Below, one piece after another: positions 27,010 through 36,228 of a DNA stretch of 61,252 nucleotides (positions within the stretch are counted from its first letter, which is position 1; each line of letters starts with the position of its first letter). The position numbers were made by a program, and so were the translations under genes. The stretch is from an uncultured Candidatus Saccharibacteria bacterium (GTDB lineage Bacteria; Patescibacteriota; Minisyncoccia; Phycocordibacterales; PALSA-1337). The notes beneath the pieces were generated by a model. It ran no database searches. It was not told where the DNA came from and worked only from the letters and a program-made list of their open reading frames with translations. The stretch lies in NCBI GenBank assembly GCA_964357605.1, contig CAYHLX010000005.1, positions 1-61,252 of the forward strand, written 5' to 3'.

Positions 27010-27258
27010 ATGTCTTTCAAATTCAGTCAAAAACTCATAGATGAGACGATCAAGTGTTTTCATGAAGAAAACGGTATTGAGCTGTCTCCTGAATTAACTA
27101 ACGAGTATTTGGAATCATTCGCACGGTTGTATTTAGCCTTCGCACGAAAGACTCTGATTAAGAAGTTCGAGGTTTGCGAGCGGAGCGACCCTGCGCTTAA
27201 GCGCGGGAGCGACGCGCACCCTGACTTGATATCCCCTCACAATTGTAAAGATGAATAA
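27010..27258 (+). CDS. hypothetical protein (82 aa); 3' part may instead be a non-coding origin region
   Basis: ORF only; the 3' third is an atypical GC-rich repeat/palindrome block. Confidence 0.35.
   Translation: MSFKFSQKLIDETIKCFHEENGIELSPELTNEYLESFARLYLAFARKTLIKKFEVCERSDPALKRGSDAHPDLISPHNCKDE
27177..27223 (+). promoter_or_regulatory. candidate rolling-circle origin (palindrome flanked by direct repeats)
   Basis: Near-perfect palindrome CCTGCGCTT|AAGCGCGGG flanked by GAGCGAC and ACCCTG direct repeats, about 40 nt upstream of the Rep start. Confidence 0.3.
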
Positions 27259-27260
27259 TT

Positions 27261-27992
27261 ATGTATTTTGTTTACAAAAAATATGGTGAAATTGTCGAGA
27301 TCACACAAATCGAAAAAGAAATCACGAGGAAAGTACGTGTATACTTTAAGAGAAGAAGGAATAATATATACCCCTCTAGGAGACCCGATAATATTCGAAG
27401 GACACGGCAAATATGTGTGCGGAGGGTGCTTTCTGCTCTTGAAGAATATGGATGTCCGCTTCTGGTCACACTCACCTTTGCGGGAGATGCATCCGATGCC
27501 TCCTATGCAAATGATTCCTTACGCGCATTCCAAGTGCGGTTGCGAACTCAATATTCTTCTGCTCAATCCATCTTTATACCCGAACTATCCCCAAGAGGGA
27601 GAATCCATTTTCATGGCTTACTCTTTAACGTGCCGATGTCTCTCGGAGATACGCGCAAAGGTAAACGGACTTTTTCGTATGGAGATGAGAGGAAAACTCG
27701 CATACTCGCCAAACTCTGGGGAGAGGGATACGTGGATGCAACAGCAACTAACGGCTCTGGACGCTTGGCTTATTATATAAGCAAGTATATTACGAAAGGT
27801 GCTGGAGAAATTCTTTTTAATGCGATGAGAATGCTAAGAATATCACATGGCTTTCCAAAAGAAGAAGTCGTGCGTGGCAAGATGGCGGAAAAACTTGCCA
27901 AGAGTTATGATAAGAAGAAGCCAATCAGGGAGTGGTCTAAACCCAATATCTTTCTCGGAAAAATCACCAAAAAAACTTATTTACTAAAATGA
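27261..27992 (+). CDS. HUH rolling-circle replication initiator (pC194 Rep_1 / Microviridae VP4-like)
   Basis: 243 aa; motif 1 LLVTLTF, motif 2 RIHFHGLLF (HUH), motif 3 YYISKYITK (catalytic Tyr). Confidence 0.7.
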   Translation: MYFVYKKYGEIVEITQIEKEITRKVRVYFKRRRNNIYPSRRPDNIRRTRQICVRRVLSALEEYGCPLLVTLTFAGDASDASYANDSLRAFQVRLRTQYSSAQSIFIPELSPRGRIHFHGLLFNVPMSLGDTRKGKRTFSYGDERKTRILAKLWGEGYVDATATNGSGRLAYYISKYITKGAGEILFNAMRMLRISHGFPKEEVVRGKMAEKLAKSYDKKKPIREWSKPNIFLGKITKKTYLLK

Positions 27993-29467
27993 AATACATC
28001 ATCTACTGCCGTAAATCTACTGATACCGAGGATAAACAGGTTCTTTCTCTTGATTCCCAAGAAAACGAGCTTACAAGACTTGCTAAGGTCAGTGGTCTGG
28101 AAGTCGTTTCTATACTTCGGGAAAGTAAGTCTGCCAAATCACCCGATCGCCCCATCTTCAATGAGATGATTAAAATGATCACTTCTGGTAAAGCTGACTC
28201 TATCCTCTGCTGGAAAATTGACCGTCTAACACGCAATCCGATTGATGGCGGACAAATCCAATGGCTTCTACAGAACAATAAGATCAGATGCATCAGAACC
28301 TTTGAGAAAAGTTATTACCCGAATGACAATGTTTTGATTATGAGCATTGAGCAAGCGATGGCCAATCAGTACATCCGAGACCTAAGCACCAATGTGAAGC
28401 GTGGCAATCGAGAAAAGCTATCACGAGGTGAGTGGCCTAATCATGCTCCCTTCGGCTATCTCAACGATAAAGCTACTAAATCTATCGTTATTGATCCAAT
28501 TCGCTCAAAATATATTCCCAGAATGTTTGAACTCTATCTTACAGGCTCTCATGGCACCAAAAGTATCTCTGAAACCCTTTATCAAGAAGGATTACGCACC
28601 AGAACAGATAAAAAAGTTTTAAAAGGCCATATCCATAGAATTCTCTCTTCCGTTTTCTATACTGGCCTCATGGAGCGAGAAGGAAAATATTACGAAGGTA
28701 AACACCAACCTTTGATCTCAAAAGAGACCTTTGAAAAAGCTCGAGACGTCATGCACGGACGAATACACCCACGTACACAAAAATTATTCTTTCCACTTAG
28801 AGGGTTCTTAAAGTGTGAGAATTGCGGTTGCGCCTTGACTGCCTCACTCAAAAAAGGACATCAATATTATTATTGCACGGGAAACCGAGAGAACTGCGAG
28901 GAACATATAAACTATATGCGTGAGAATTACCTTTATGAGAAAATTTCCCTCATTTTTGATGATCTTCATTTCTCCGAACGGAAAATTGAGATTATGTACC
29001 AAGCGGCCAAAGAAAGACTGGAGTTTGATAATGACTATAGCGAGAAAGTCCTATCTACCCTCCATTTACAGCTAGAATCCCTTAAAACGAAAGAATCTAC
29101 ACTTCTTGATACTTTCCTTGCTGAACAGATTACGAAAGAATTATACGACGCTAAAGTACTGGCTTTGCACAATGAGCGAGTTTCATTTACCAAACAGATC
29201 AAAGAAGCAAAAGCACGACAACCAGCTTGCGTGTTGGAACCGACTAAAAAAGTATTTCTAGAAGCCAGTAGAGCCAAAAAAGAGTTTTTAGCTGGTAATG
29301 ATTTGAAAAAAAGAAATATCCTAGAAAATCTCTGTTGGAACCTTTCTGTAAAAGATAAAAATATTCAGATTGTTAGCCTTAAAAGTCCTTTCAACCTAAT
29401 GCTCAAAGCACCCAAAAACGGAGATATTTCAACTCTGCTGCGGGGGTTGGAATCGGACCAACATTAG
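27989..29467 (+). CDS. large serine recombinase (integrase)
   Basis: 492 aa; N-terminal resolvase domain (YCRKSTDTEDKQVLSLDSQ, catalytic Ser); recombinase domain; CENCGC...YYC zinc ribbon; coiled coil. ATGA overlap with rep; last 10 codons lie inside tRNA-Gln. Confidence 0.9.
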   Translation: MKYIIYCRKSTDTEDKQVLSLDSQENELTRLAKVSGLEVVSILRESKSAKSPDRPIFNEMIKMITSGKADSILCWKIDRLTRNPIDGGQIQWLLQNNKIRCIRTFEKSYYPNDNVLIMSIEQAMANQYIRDLSTNVKRGNREKLSRGEWPNHAPFGYLNDKATKSIVIDPIRSKYIPRMFELYLTGSHGTKSISETLYQEGLRTRTDKKVLKGHIHRILSSVFYTGLMEREGKYYEGKHQPLISKETFEKARDVMHGRIHPRTQKLFFPLRGFLKCENCGCALTASLKKGHQYYYCTGNRENCEEHINYMRENYLYEKISLIFDDLHFSERKIEIMYQAAKERLEFDNDYSEKVLSTLHLQLESLKTKESTLLDTFLAEQITKELYDAKVLALHNERVSFTKQIKEAKARQPACVLEPTKKVFLEASRAKKEFLAGNDLKKRNILENLCWNLSVKDKNIQIVSLKSPFNLMLKAPKNGDISTLLRGLESDQH

Positions 29468-29508
29468 AAGCTTCAAAGGCTCCTGTCCTGCCATTAGACG
29501 ACCCCGCA
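29438..29508 (-). tRNA. tRNA-Gln (UUG)
   Basis: Hand-folded cloverleaf: acceptor UGCGGGG/CCCCGCA, D stem GUCU/GGAC, anticodon loop CUUUGAA, T stem GUUGG/CCAAC, discriminator G; T-loop UCCGAUU is atypical; no encoded CCA. Confidence 0.8.
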
Positions 29509-29534
29509 ATGACTTTGTCAATACCTAAACTTTC

Positions 29535-30215
29535 TTACATTAGAGGACTAAGATATAGTACTACACCCTCTATCCATCCTGCAATCTTTCTATTTAATGG
29601 AATACTCCCTAAAACTGTTATCTTGAGGACTCCATAGTAGTTAGTTCCAATATTTTTTCTGTTCGTTTTTGGGTTATGTCTTTTATAATAGATCTTTAGT
29701 CTTTTCACTTCAAAATTTAAACCATCTGACCAATATTTTTTTGCTAATTCAACATCGCCAGTAGGATGGATGTAGAGTGCATAGCTAAGTTGGGTATCTA
29801 AAATCTCCAAATACTTTCTTGCCCACCCAATAAATATTTTATGAATATTAAGATCCATATTTGCTATCTGAACACTGGAAGGGGCCTTACGTTCTTTTGA
29901 TCCCTCACCCCAATACAAAATTACACCGGTAAGCCAGAAAGGATCTTTAGCCAGCTTCGGGACCTCAAGTCTTGCACCATATTTAATATCTTCCACTCTC
30001 TTGATTTTATTATTCCTTATGACATGTATGGCTCTCAATCTAGCAGCTATTTTCTTCTCCGTAATCCTCTGTTTTTGATGTACACTCAAGCCAACCTCTC
30101 TTAACCATAATGAGAGAGTTGATTTTGCAACAGGAACTTGCCCGAGTATTTCTGAATACGTTTGTCCCCTTTTTCTCAACTCTATTGCTTTCTTTTTTAA
30201 ATCAAATTTATTCAT
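29535..30215 (-). CDS. HTH protein with possible LAGLIDADG-like core
   Basis: 226 aa; N-terminal HTH (QTYSEILGQVPVAKSTLSLWLR); GVILYWGEGSK loosely resembles a LAGLIDADG motif (weak). Confidence 0.35.
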   Translation of the reverse strand: MNKFDLKKKAIELRKRGQTYSEILGQVPVAKSTLSLWLREVGLSVHQKQRITEKKIAARLRAIHVIRNNKIKRVEDIKYGARLEVPKLAKDPFWLTGVILYWGEGSKERKAPSSVQIANMDLNIHKIFIGWARKYLEILDTQLSYALYIHPTGDVELAKKYWSDGLNFEVKRLKIYYKRHNPKTNRKNIGTNYYGVLKITVLGSIPLNRKIAGWIEGVVLYLSPLM

Positions 30216-30272
30216 TATCGAACATATATTATGTGTATAAATTATACACTATGTCTGTTCGATATGCCTTTA

Positions 30273-31316
30273 TTACCCACAAATATCAATTACCGCCAAC
30301 TCCAATGGCAATGACTCTATATACGCCTTCTCTGTCGCATCATAGGCCTTGAGAATCGCGAGTAGCATAGCTGAATTTAGTCCCCCTTTTTCATTTTCTT
30401 CGGAGATTTTCTTGAGCACTTTCCAATCATCAGCCGAAACATGCTCTTCTAACTTCTTGGCGAGAGTAGGTGAATTCTTCAGCAATAAAACAATCCTCAT
30501 CTTTTCTAGAACCAGAGCCACGAAAGTTTTCATTCCCACATTACCCTCTTTAGCCAAAGAAATTACTAACAAAGCTTTTTCCTTATTACGCACCGAGAGA
30601 GCAGTAATAAAATCATTGACCAAGGTTCCCTTTGGCGCTCCTGTGATAGATTCAACTTCTGAGAGTGAAACTTTGGAGTCTTTGGAAGTACTCAAAGCCT
30701 TTTGCAAAATCCCCAGAGCGTCACGGAAAGAACCATCACCCAAAAGAGCAATGAGGTCAGCTACCCCAGGCTCTAAATAAAACTTTTCCTTCTTGGCGGT
30801 CTTTGTCAGGATCTCACTTAAGATTTCTCTGGAAGGTTTCTTGAAAAGAAAGACTTGGCAACGAGAGATAACAGTTTCGGGAATTTTGTCGGTCTCTGTG
30901 GTAGCGAGAATAAAAATAGCGTGAGCCGGAGGTTCTTCTAGAGTCTTGAGCAGAGCGTTGAACGCTTCTTTGGTAAGCATATGCACCTCGTCCACAATAT
31001 ATACTTTGTAGGGAGACTCAAAAGGTAGAACGTTGACGCCATCACGGATTTCCCTAATATCATCTATCCCTCTGTTTGAAGCGGCGTCTATTTCATAGAC
31101 ATCATTGGTACTAACCCCTAAAGCTTTGGCAAAAATCCTTGCAATAGTAGTTTTGCCCGTACCTCTAGTTCCAGAAAAAAGGTAGGCGTGAGAAATGCGA
31201 GTAGTTTTCAAAGAATCTTGAAGAACAGAAATCACGTGGTCCTGACCAACTACTTCGTCCCATTTTTGAGGACGGTATTTGCGATAAAGTACCGATGAGT
31301 TTTCCTTGGTAGTCAT
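30273..31316 (-). CDS. dnaX: DNA polymerase III subunit gamma/tau (short form)
   Basis: 347 aa; GTRGTGKTT Walker A, DEVHML, SRCQ sensor motifs. Confidence 0.9.
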   Translation of the reverse strand: MTTKENSSVLYRKYRPQKWDEVVGQDHVISVLQDSLKTTRISHAYLFSGTRGTGKTTIARIFAKALGVSTNDVYEIDAASNRGIDDIREIRDGVNVLPFESPYKVYIVDEVHMLTKEAFNALLKTLEEPPAHAIFILATTETDKIPETVISRCQVFLFKKPSREILSEILTKTAKKEKFYLEPGVADLIALLGDGSFRDALGILQKALSTSKDSKVSLSEVESITGAPKGTLVNDFITALSVRNKEKALLVISLAKEGNVGMKTFVALVLEKMRIVLLLKNSPTLAKKLEEHVSADDWKVLKKISEENEKGGLNSAMLLAILKAYDATEKAYIESLPLELAVIDICG

Positions 31317-31400
31317 GGGCAGATTGTATCATATCTAAAAATAGAATAAACAAAACCGCCGCAATCTCGAGGATCGCGGGGTTAGCGTAAAATACACTAT

Positions 31401-31448
31401 TACAAAGAAAGAAGTGGTGGCAGGATCGACCTCAGCCGACCCTGCCAC
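31401..31448 (-). terminator. hairpin terminator after the GC-rich 143-aa gene
   Basis: 8-bp stem GTGGCAGG/CCTGCCAC, U-rich downstream in minus sense; a second hairpin at about 31356-31380. Confidence 0.5.
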
Positions 31449-31478
31449 TGTCTCATCGCTCACTCATCTCGGCCCAAA

Positions 31479-31910
31479 TCAGGCAAGGACTGCGCCGGGT
31501 GCATCACCTCCTTCTTGGTGAAGCACACCGGTGGCCGTACCCAAAACAACTTCATTGGCCAGATCTGCCGCGGAGTGTACCAAGGCCCTCCGGTCCAAGT
31601 GATTGGGGGCAATGGCCGCCGCAGTGTCCAAACGAGTCGCGTCAATTTTTTCCGAAGCCGCCGAGCTGTACGTCATAATGGTGGCAACTTCCGGAATGGT
31701 AGCGGATTCGTTCGCGATAGGAATGGCAACAATCTCCATACCAATCGCACCGACCTCCAGCGGCGCCAGGGTAGCGGGATTCGCGCCCATCTGCACTTCA
31801 GTGATCGCCGGGACACCAACATCGCGTTCGAGGGCGATGGCCGGTGGGCTAACATTGATTGAGACAATGGCCAGAGCTGCGAGGCCAAGTGTCCATTTAT
31901 TGAACTTCAT
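31479..31910 (-). CDS. secreted hypothetical protein (GC-rich islet)
   Basis: 143 aa; signal peptide MKFNKWTLGLAALAIVSINVSPPAIA; A/V/P-rich; no recognised domain. Confidence 0.5.
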   Translation of the reverse strand: MKFNKWTLGLAALAIVSINVSPPAIALERDVGVPAITEVQMGANPATLAPLEVGAIGMEIVAIPIANESATIPEVATIMTYSSAASEKIDATRLDTAAAIAPNHLDRRALVHSAADLANEVVLGTATGVLHQEGGDAPGAVLA

Positions 31911-32053
31911 GTTGCTCCTGTGGTTGTTGGTTGTAGTTGAACGTCAGCAAAAAGCCCTTTTCGTAGGACCAGAACTTCTTCCTTTCGAGGATCAATTTTG
32001 CTATCCAAAATAATACTCCCGCTATTAAATAAAAACAAGATTTTTATCCCCAC

Positions 32054-32998
32054 TTATTTTTTAAGATACTCTTTTACGACTTTGTCAACTTCTCGGCCAT
32101 TTCCTGTTTCCATCAATTTCACTCTCAACTCCTTTGCTCCCTCCCAACCAGAAACATAAGCTTTAAAATGTTTTTTCATAACAGCAAAATTTTTGACATC
32201 ACCGAGCTTCTTTTCAAAAAGTTTCGTATGTTCAACCAAAGCTTTTAGTTTCTCTGTTGATGTGGCCGTTTTTCCAGAAAAAAGCCAGGGGTTACCAAAG
32301 ATTCCTCGCCCGATCATCACTCCATCGCAACCAGTTTCTTTTATTTTCATTCTTGCCTCTGCTATCGAAGCCACGTCGCCATTACCAATAATCAAAGTCT
32401 TTGGGGACAATTCATTTCTTATCGCTACAATTTCAGGCATGAACTCCCAGTGAGCCGGCACGTCTGACATCTCTTTTCTAGTACGCAGATGCACAGTCAG
32501 CGCTGGCAGACTCTGCTTCAAGAGAAAGCCAATCCATTCTTTTATTTCATTTTTGTTGTAACCAATGCGAGTTTTAATAGAAACCGGTAATCCACTGCCT
32601 TCGCGAGCCGCTTCTATAACCGCTAAGGCACTTTCCTGGTCTTTGATCATCGCTGCTCCACCGCCCTGCTTTTCTACCGAGCGATCTGGACAGCCCATGT
32701 TGATATCCAAACCATCAAATCCCAATTTTTTCACCAACCTAGCGGCCTCTAACATTTTTTCAGGATGACCGGTAAAAAGTTGGGCGACAATCGGCTTTTC
32801 GGCTTTAGAAAATTCCAAGTCACGCAGTAGGACCTCTCTCCCAGGAGAAACTAGACCATCAGCCGAGACAAATTCTGTCCACGTCACATCCGGTTTGCCA
32901 TACCTAGCAAACATGGCTCGAAAAGCCACATCTGTCACGTTGGCCATCGGAGCCATCACAAAAAATGGCTTAGATAATTTATCCCAAAAATTAGACAT
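32054..32998 (-). CDS. dus: tRNA-dihydrouridine synthase
   Basis: 314 aa; MAPMANVTD, DINMGCP and catalytic Cys motifs. Confidence 0.9.
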   Translation of the reverse strand: MSNFWDKLSKPFFVMAPMANVTDVAFRAMFARYGKPDVTWTEFVSADGLVSPGREVLLRDLEFSKAEKPIVAQLFTGHPEKMLEAARLVKKLGFDGLDINMGCPDRSVEKQGGGAAMIKDQESALAVIEAAREGSGLPVSIKTRIGYNKNEIKEWIGFLLKQSLPALTVHLRTRKEMSDVPAHWEFMPEIVAIRNELSPKTLIIGNGDVASIAEARMKIKETGCDGVMIGRGIFGNPWLFSGKTATSTEKLKALVEHTKLFEKKLGDVKNFAVMKKHFKAYVSGWEGAKELRVKLMETGNGREVDKVVKEYLKK

Positions 32999-33020
32999 GA
33001 AGGGATACTATCACACTTTC

Positions 33021-33953
33021 TTATTTTCTATCTAGCGCTTTATCTAGAGCCACCATAATATCATCATCTCGATTAGAACTACCAAGGACTACCACTGAAT
33101 AAACTTTTTCTGGTTTTCCAACCTTAAAAAGAGAGACCCCCGTCCGATTGGCTTCTGGAGTATAGCCATTTTTACCTCCAATATAGATAGAAAGATTTAG
33201 TAAACTAGTCGGATTGATCCAAGTATGAACACGAATAGTTTTCGATTTGGTATGGGTGATTTCTAAGAGGTCAGGTCTGTTTTTATAAATCCAATCAACA
33301 ATGATGGAAATATCTCGAGCAGTAGAAACATTTTTTACAGAAAGACCCGAAGAATCTTTAAAATAGGTTCGGTAGGCACCCACAGAATTTGTCCAATCAT
33401 TCATCGCTTTAATAAATTCTTCTCTACCATAGGACCGGGCCAGGGCTTCAGCAGCGTCATTACTAGAAACCATAAGTAGAGGATAAAGTATTTCCTCAAC
33501 CGTAAACTTTTCTCCCAGTCTAAAACGAGCGGTGTTGCCATTAGTGGCCAGGATATTTTTATTTATTTCAATCATCTGGTCTCCTTCCATTAGTTTGGTA
33601 GCCACCACCGCGGTCACCAGTTTGGTTAGAGAAGCAATCGGTAGAGAAGTATCAGCTTCTTTTTGAAAAAGGACTTTTTTATCTTCTAAAGATGTAACGA
33701 TATATGAAGCTGCAGAGATCGAATTTTTATCTATAGAAATAAATTCTTTGACACTTCTGATCACTTCTCTTCCATCAAAAATCGCTGCGGTATTAGTACT
33801 AATATAGTAAAGACTTTTCGAAAAATTGGGAATAAGAAAAGTTTCAAAAATTAACTTTGAACCAGAAATTACAAGGAAGGCAAAAACTATTCCTGTACCA
33901 ATAGCCGTAAGAATAGAGACAACGAACCTCGAAGTTTTTCTTGGTTTAAACAT
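33021..33953 (-). CDS. D-alanyl-D-alanine carboxypeptidase (peptidase S11)
   Basis: 310 aa; N-terminal TM; SLTK (SxxK) and SSND (SxN) motifs. Confidence 0.8.
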   Translation of the reverse strand: MFKPRKTSRFVVSILTAIGTGIVFAFLVISGSKLIFETFLIPNFSKSLYYISTNTAAIFDGREVIRSVKEFISIDKNSISAASYIVTSLEDKKVLFQKEADTSLPIASLTKLVTAVVATKLMEGDQMIEINKNILATNGNTARFRLGEKFTVEEILYPLLMVSSNDAAEALARSYGREEFIKAMNDWTNSVGAYRTYFKDSSGLSVKNVSTARDISIIVDWIYKNRPDLLEITHTKSKTIRVHTWINPTSLLNLSIYIGGKNGYTPEANRTGVSLFKVGKPEKVYSVVVLGSSNRDDDIMVALDKALDRK

Positions 33954-33955
33954 GA

Positions 33956-34852
33956 CTATTTGGTGGAGTAAAAGATCGTGTTGCCATAGCGCAGATTGAT
34001 GTAATTAAAGTTAAGAGTGGTTGAGGCTTTAGGAGAAAGAAAAGTTTCATTCCAAAAAGCCACAAAATTTGAAAGGGTGGTATCAAAAGGAGTCTTGTTA
34101 TCAAAATAGACAGTGATTTCTGGAACAGTTGAAGTAGAGTTATTGTCTCTTTTTATCCCACTCTCTACATACATTTCATACTGATTATTCTCATTGATCA
34201 GCACGCCCAAAGGGACAATGCCAGATTTTATCGAACCCTCCACAAACTTACTTAATTCCGCAAATTTTAGAGTATCCATAAATCTCGTCCCAATAATCTC
34301 TCCTCCCTTATCTCCAAAGACATAGTAACGAATGTAACTATCAGAAGACACTGTGGTAGAAGAAGCTAGTTTAGAAAACACATATCCACTTTTGTCGGCG
34401 AAAAAACATTTTTGACCCACATTATCTATTTCTCCACGAAAACCATCACAAACAATAATAGCTTTTTCTCTATCCTGGATCATGATTTTCAAAGATGCAA
34501 AACCTCCTCTTTTTATAGAAATAGATTTAATATTTTTAAAATTAGAGACCAAATCTTTCCTAATCTCAGCTTCTGGGTAAAAAATTATATTTGACTTGGG
34601 AATGACTTTTAAATAAGAACCGAGCAGATTTTGTTTAGTGACTTCATTTACCTGATTAATAATCGCCGGATCTGCTCCCACTACTTCAATAGTAGAAATC
34701 TGGATAAAAGGAATTCTTAAGATCAAAACTCCCAAACCAAGGATAAAAATGATAGCTAGAACGAAAATCACCATTCTACCGATGAGCTTTTTACGTCTCT
34801 TCTCTGCGAACTTTGAGGATTCTAAAGCTCTTGATCTTTGTGACAAAGACAT
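33956..34852 (-). CDS. FtsQ-type POTRA cell-division protein
   Basis: 298 aa; basic N-terminus, one TM, then the POTRA-like segment ISTIEVVGA... Confidence 0.6.
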   Translation of the reverse strand: MSLSQRSRALESSKFAEKRRKKLIGRMVIFVLAIIFILGLGVLILRIPFIQISTIEVVGADPAIINQVNEVTKQNLLGSYLKVIPKSNIIFYPEAEIRKDLVSNFKNIKSISIKRGGFASLKIMIQDREKAIIVCDGFRGEIDNVGQKCFFADKSGYVFSKLASSTTVSSDSYIRYYVFGDKGGEIIGTRFMDTLKFAELSKFVEGSIKSGIVPLGVLINENNQYEMYVESGIKRDNNSTSTVPEITVYFDNKTPFDTTLSNFVAFWNETFLSPKASTTLNFNYINLRYGNTIFYSTK

Positions 34853-34854
34853 AG

Positions 34855-36114
34855 CTAAATTTTGGCTTTTCCAAAGTATTTTTGTAGAACTTCAGGAATA
34901 GCGATGGATCCATCAGCCTGTTGGTAGTTCTCTATGAGCGAAACGAGAATTCTCGGGGTGGGAATGGCCGTACAATTAAGAGAGTGGGCGTACCTTAGTT
35001 TTCCTTCTGGATCTTTGTAACGAATATTGAGACGTCTGGTTTGAAAATCATGAAAATATGAAGCAGAAGAAATCTCTCGATACTTACCCTCCTTAGGAAT
35101 CCAAAGGTTGATATCATATTTTTTCACTTGACCAAGACCTAGATCGCCACCGCAGTTGGCCACGGTTTGATATGGAATACCAAGACTTTCTATGAATTCT
35201 TCGGTATTTCTATTAATCTCTTCATGAAATGAAACCGAAGTCGCATGACTAGCCTCACAGAGAATGAGTTGTTCAAATTTATAAAATTCATGCACCCGAA
35301 TCAATCCTTTGACATCTTTACTGTGAGCTCCAGCCTCCCTTCTGAAACAAGAAGAAAAACCGAGGTATTTCTTTGGTAGATCTTTGAGATCAAAGACTTC
35401 ATCACCATGAAAAGCCATGAGAGCTACTTCCGCCGTACCAGAAAGAGCGTCGCCATCTTGAGTCATATAAAAATCCTCTACATCTCCTGGTAAATGTCCC
35501 GTACCATAAAGATTTATTTTTCTTACGATGGATGGAGCAATGACTGGTACAAAACCTTTTTTGTTAGCAAAAAAGTCTACCGTGTAATTCCAAATAGCAA
35601 AACATAGTCGTGCTCCATCTCCAGTGAGAAAATATCCTCTAAAGCCATGGACCTTTGAACCTCTTTCAAAATCCACCATGCCGAGCTTGGTCATGATTTC
35701 CACATGATCCTTAGCCTCAAAGGAAAACTTGGTTTTTTCTCCCCAGCTTTTGACTTCCACATTTTCTTCGTCACTTTTCCCTTCTGGTACAGAGATATCA
35801 GGCACATTAGGAACTTGAAGCATAATCTCCTGCCATTTCTTCATGACTTCTTTCAGTCTATCTTCCTCTTCTTGAAGACCGCTTTTCACGTGCTTCATAG
35901 ACTCTATAAAACTAGCTCTTTCGTGGGGAGTGGCTGTGGTAATTTTTTCACTAACGGCATTTTGTTCCGCTCTCTTCTTTTCTATAGAAGCTAATAGTTC
36001 TCGCCGTTTATCATCGAGAGCGATGAGTTCGTCAAGATTAACCATTACATGCTTTTTCTTAGCACCCGCTTCTACTACACTCTTATTTTCCCTAATAAAT
36101 TTGATATCTAGCAT
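34855..36114 (-). CDS. serS: seryl-tRNA synthetase
   Basis: Start chosen at MLDIKFIREN (the ORF track extends to 36135); class II motifs FRREAG, GTAEVAL, coiled-coil N-arm. Confidence 0.95.
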   Translation of the reverse strand: MLDIKFIRENKSVVEAGAKKKHVMVNLDELIALDDKRRELLASIEKKRAEQNAVSEKITTATPHERASFIESMKHVKSGLQEEEDRLKEVMKKWQEIMLQVPNVPDISVPEGKSDEENVEVKSWGEKTKFSFEAKDHVEIMTKLGMVDFERGSKVHGFRGYFLTGDGARLCFAIWNYTVDFFANKKGFVPVIAPSIVRKINLYGTGHLPGDVEDFYMTQDGDALSGTAEVALMAFHGDEVFDLKDLPKKYLGFSSCFRREAGAHSKDVKGLIRVHEFYKFEQLILCEASHATSVSFHEEINRNTEEFIESLGIPYQTVANCGGDLGLGQVKKYDINLWIPKEGKYREISSASYFHDFQTRRLNIRYKDPEGKLRYAHSLNCTAIPTPRILVSLIENYQQADGSIAIPEVLQKYFGKAKI

Positions 36115-36176
36115 AAAAATCCTATATGAAAACAATAATATCGCAATTTAGAGAAATTTACCAGATATTGATAAGT

Positions 36177-36209
36177 AACAAAAAGCGGGTGGTTGTGAGA
36201 CCACCCGCT
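36177..36209 (-). terminator. intrinsic terminator after the GC-rich 149-aa gene
   Basis: 9-bp stem AGCGGGTGG/CCACCCGCT followed by UUUUU in minus sense. Confidence 0.7.
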
Positions 36210-36228
36210 GTTTACAAATCTCCTGAAG

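Larger units (their letters stand above)
26020..29467 (+). mobile_element. integrated Rep + serine-recombinase module (plasmid- or ssDNA-element-like); left boundary not defined
   Basis: wHTH, small ORF, HUH Rep and serine integrase are co-oriented and end in a tRNA gene; no capsid or conjugation genes seen. Confidence 0.55.
18303..29508. other. accessory island abutting tRNA-Gln (repeat-punctuated gene array plus Rep/recombinase module)
   Basis: Bounded by repeat copy R1 on the left and tRNA-Gln on the right; contains no recognisable core housekeeping genes; includes mobile-element genes, a toxin-antitoxin pair and secreted or membrane orphans. Confidence 0.6.

Noticed and set aside
27268-27780. 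170-aa alternative-frame ORF overlapping rep
   Set aside because: The rep frame contains the three HUH motifs. The alternative frame is Cys/Met-rich with no motifs.
31515-32013. Plus-strand ORFs of 115 and 136 aa, and minus-strand 71/61-aa ORFs
   Set aside because: They overlap the 143-aa signal-peptide ORF in a GC-rich islet. They are R/G-rich low-complexity translations typical of off-frame GC-rich DNA.
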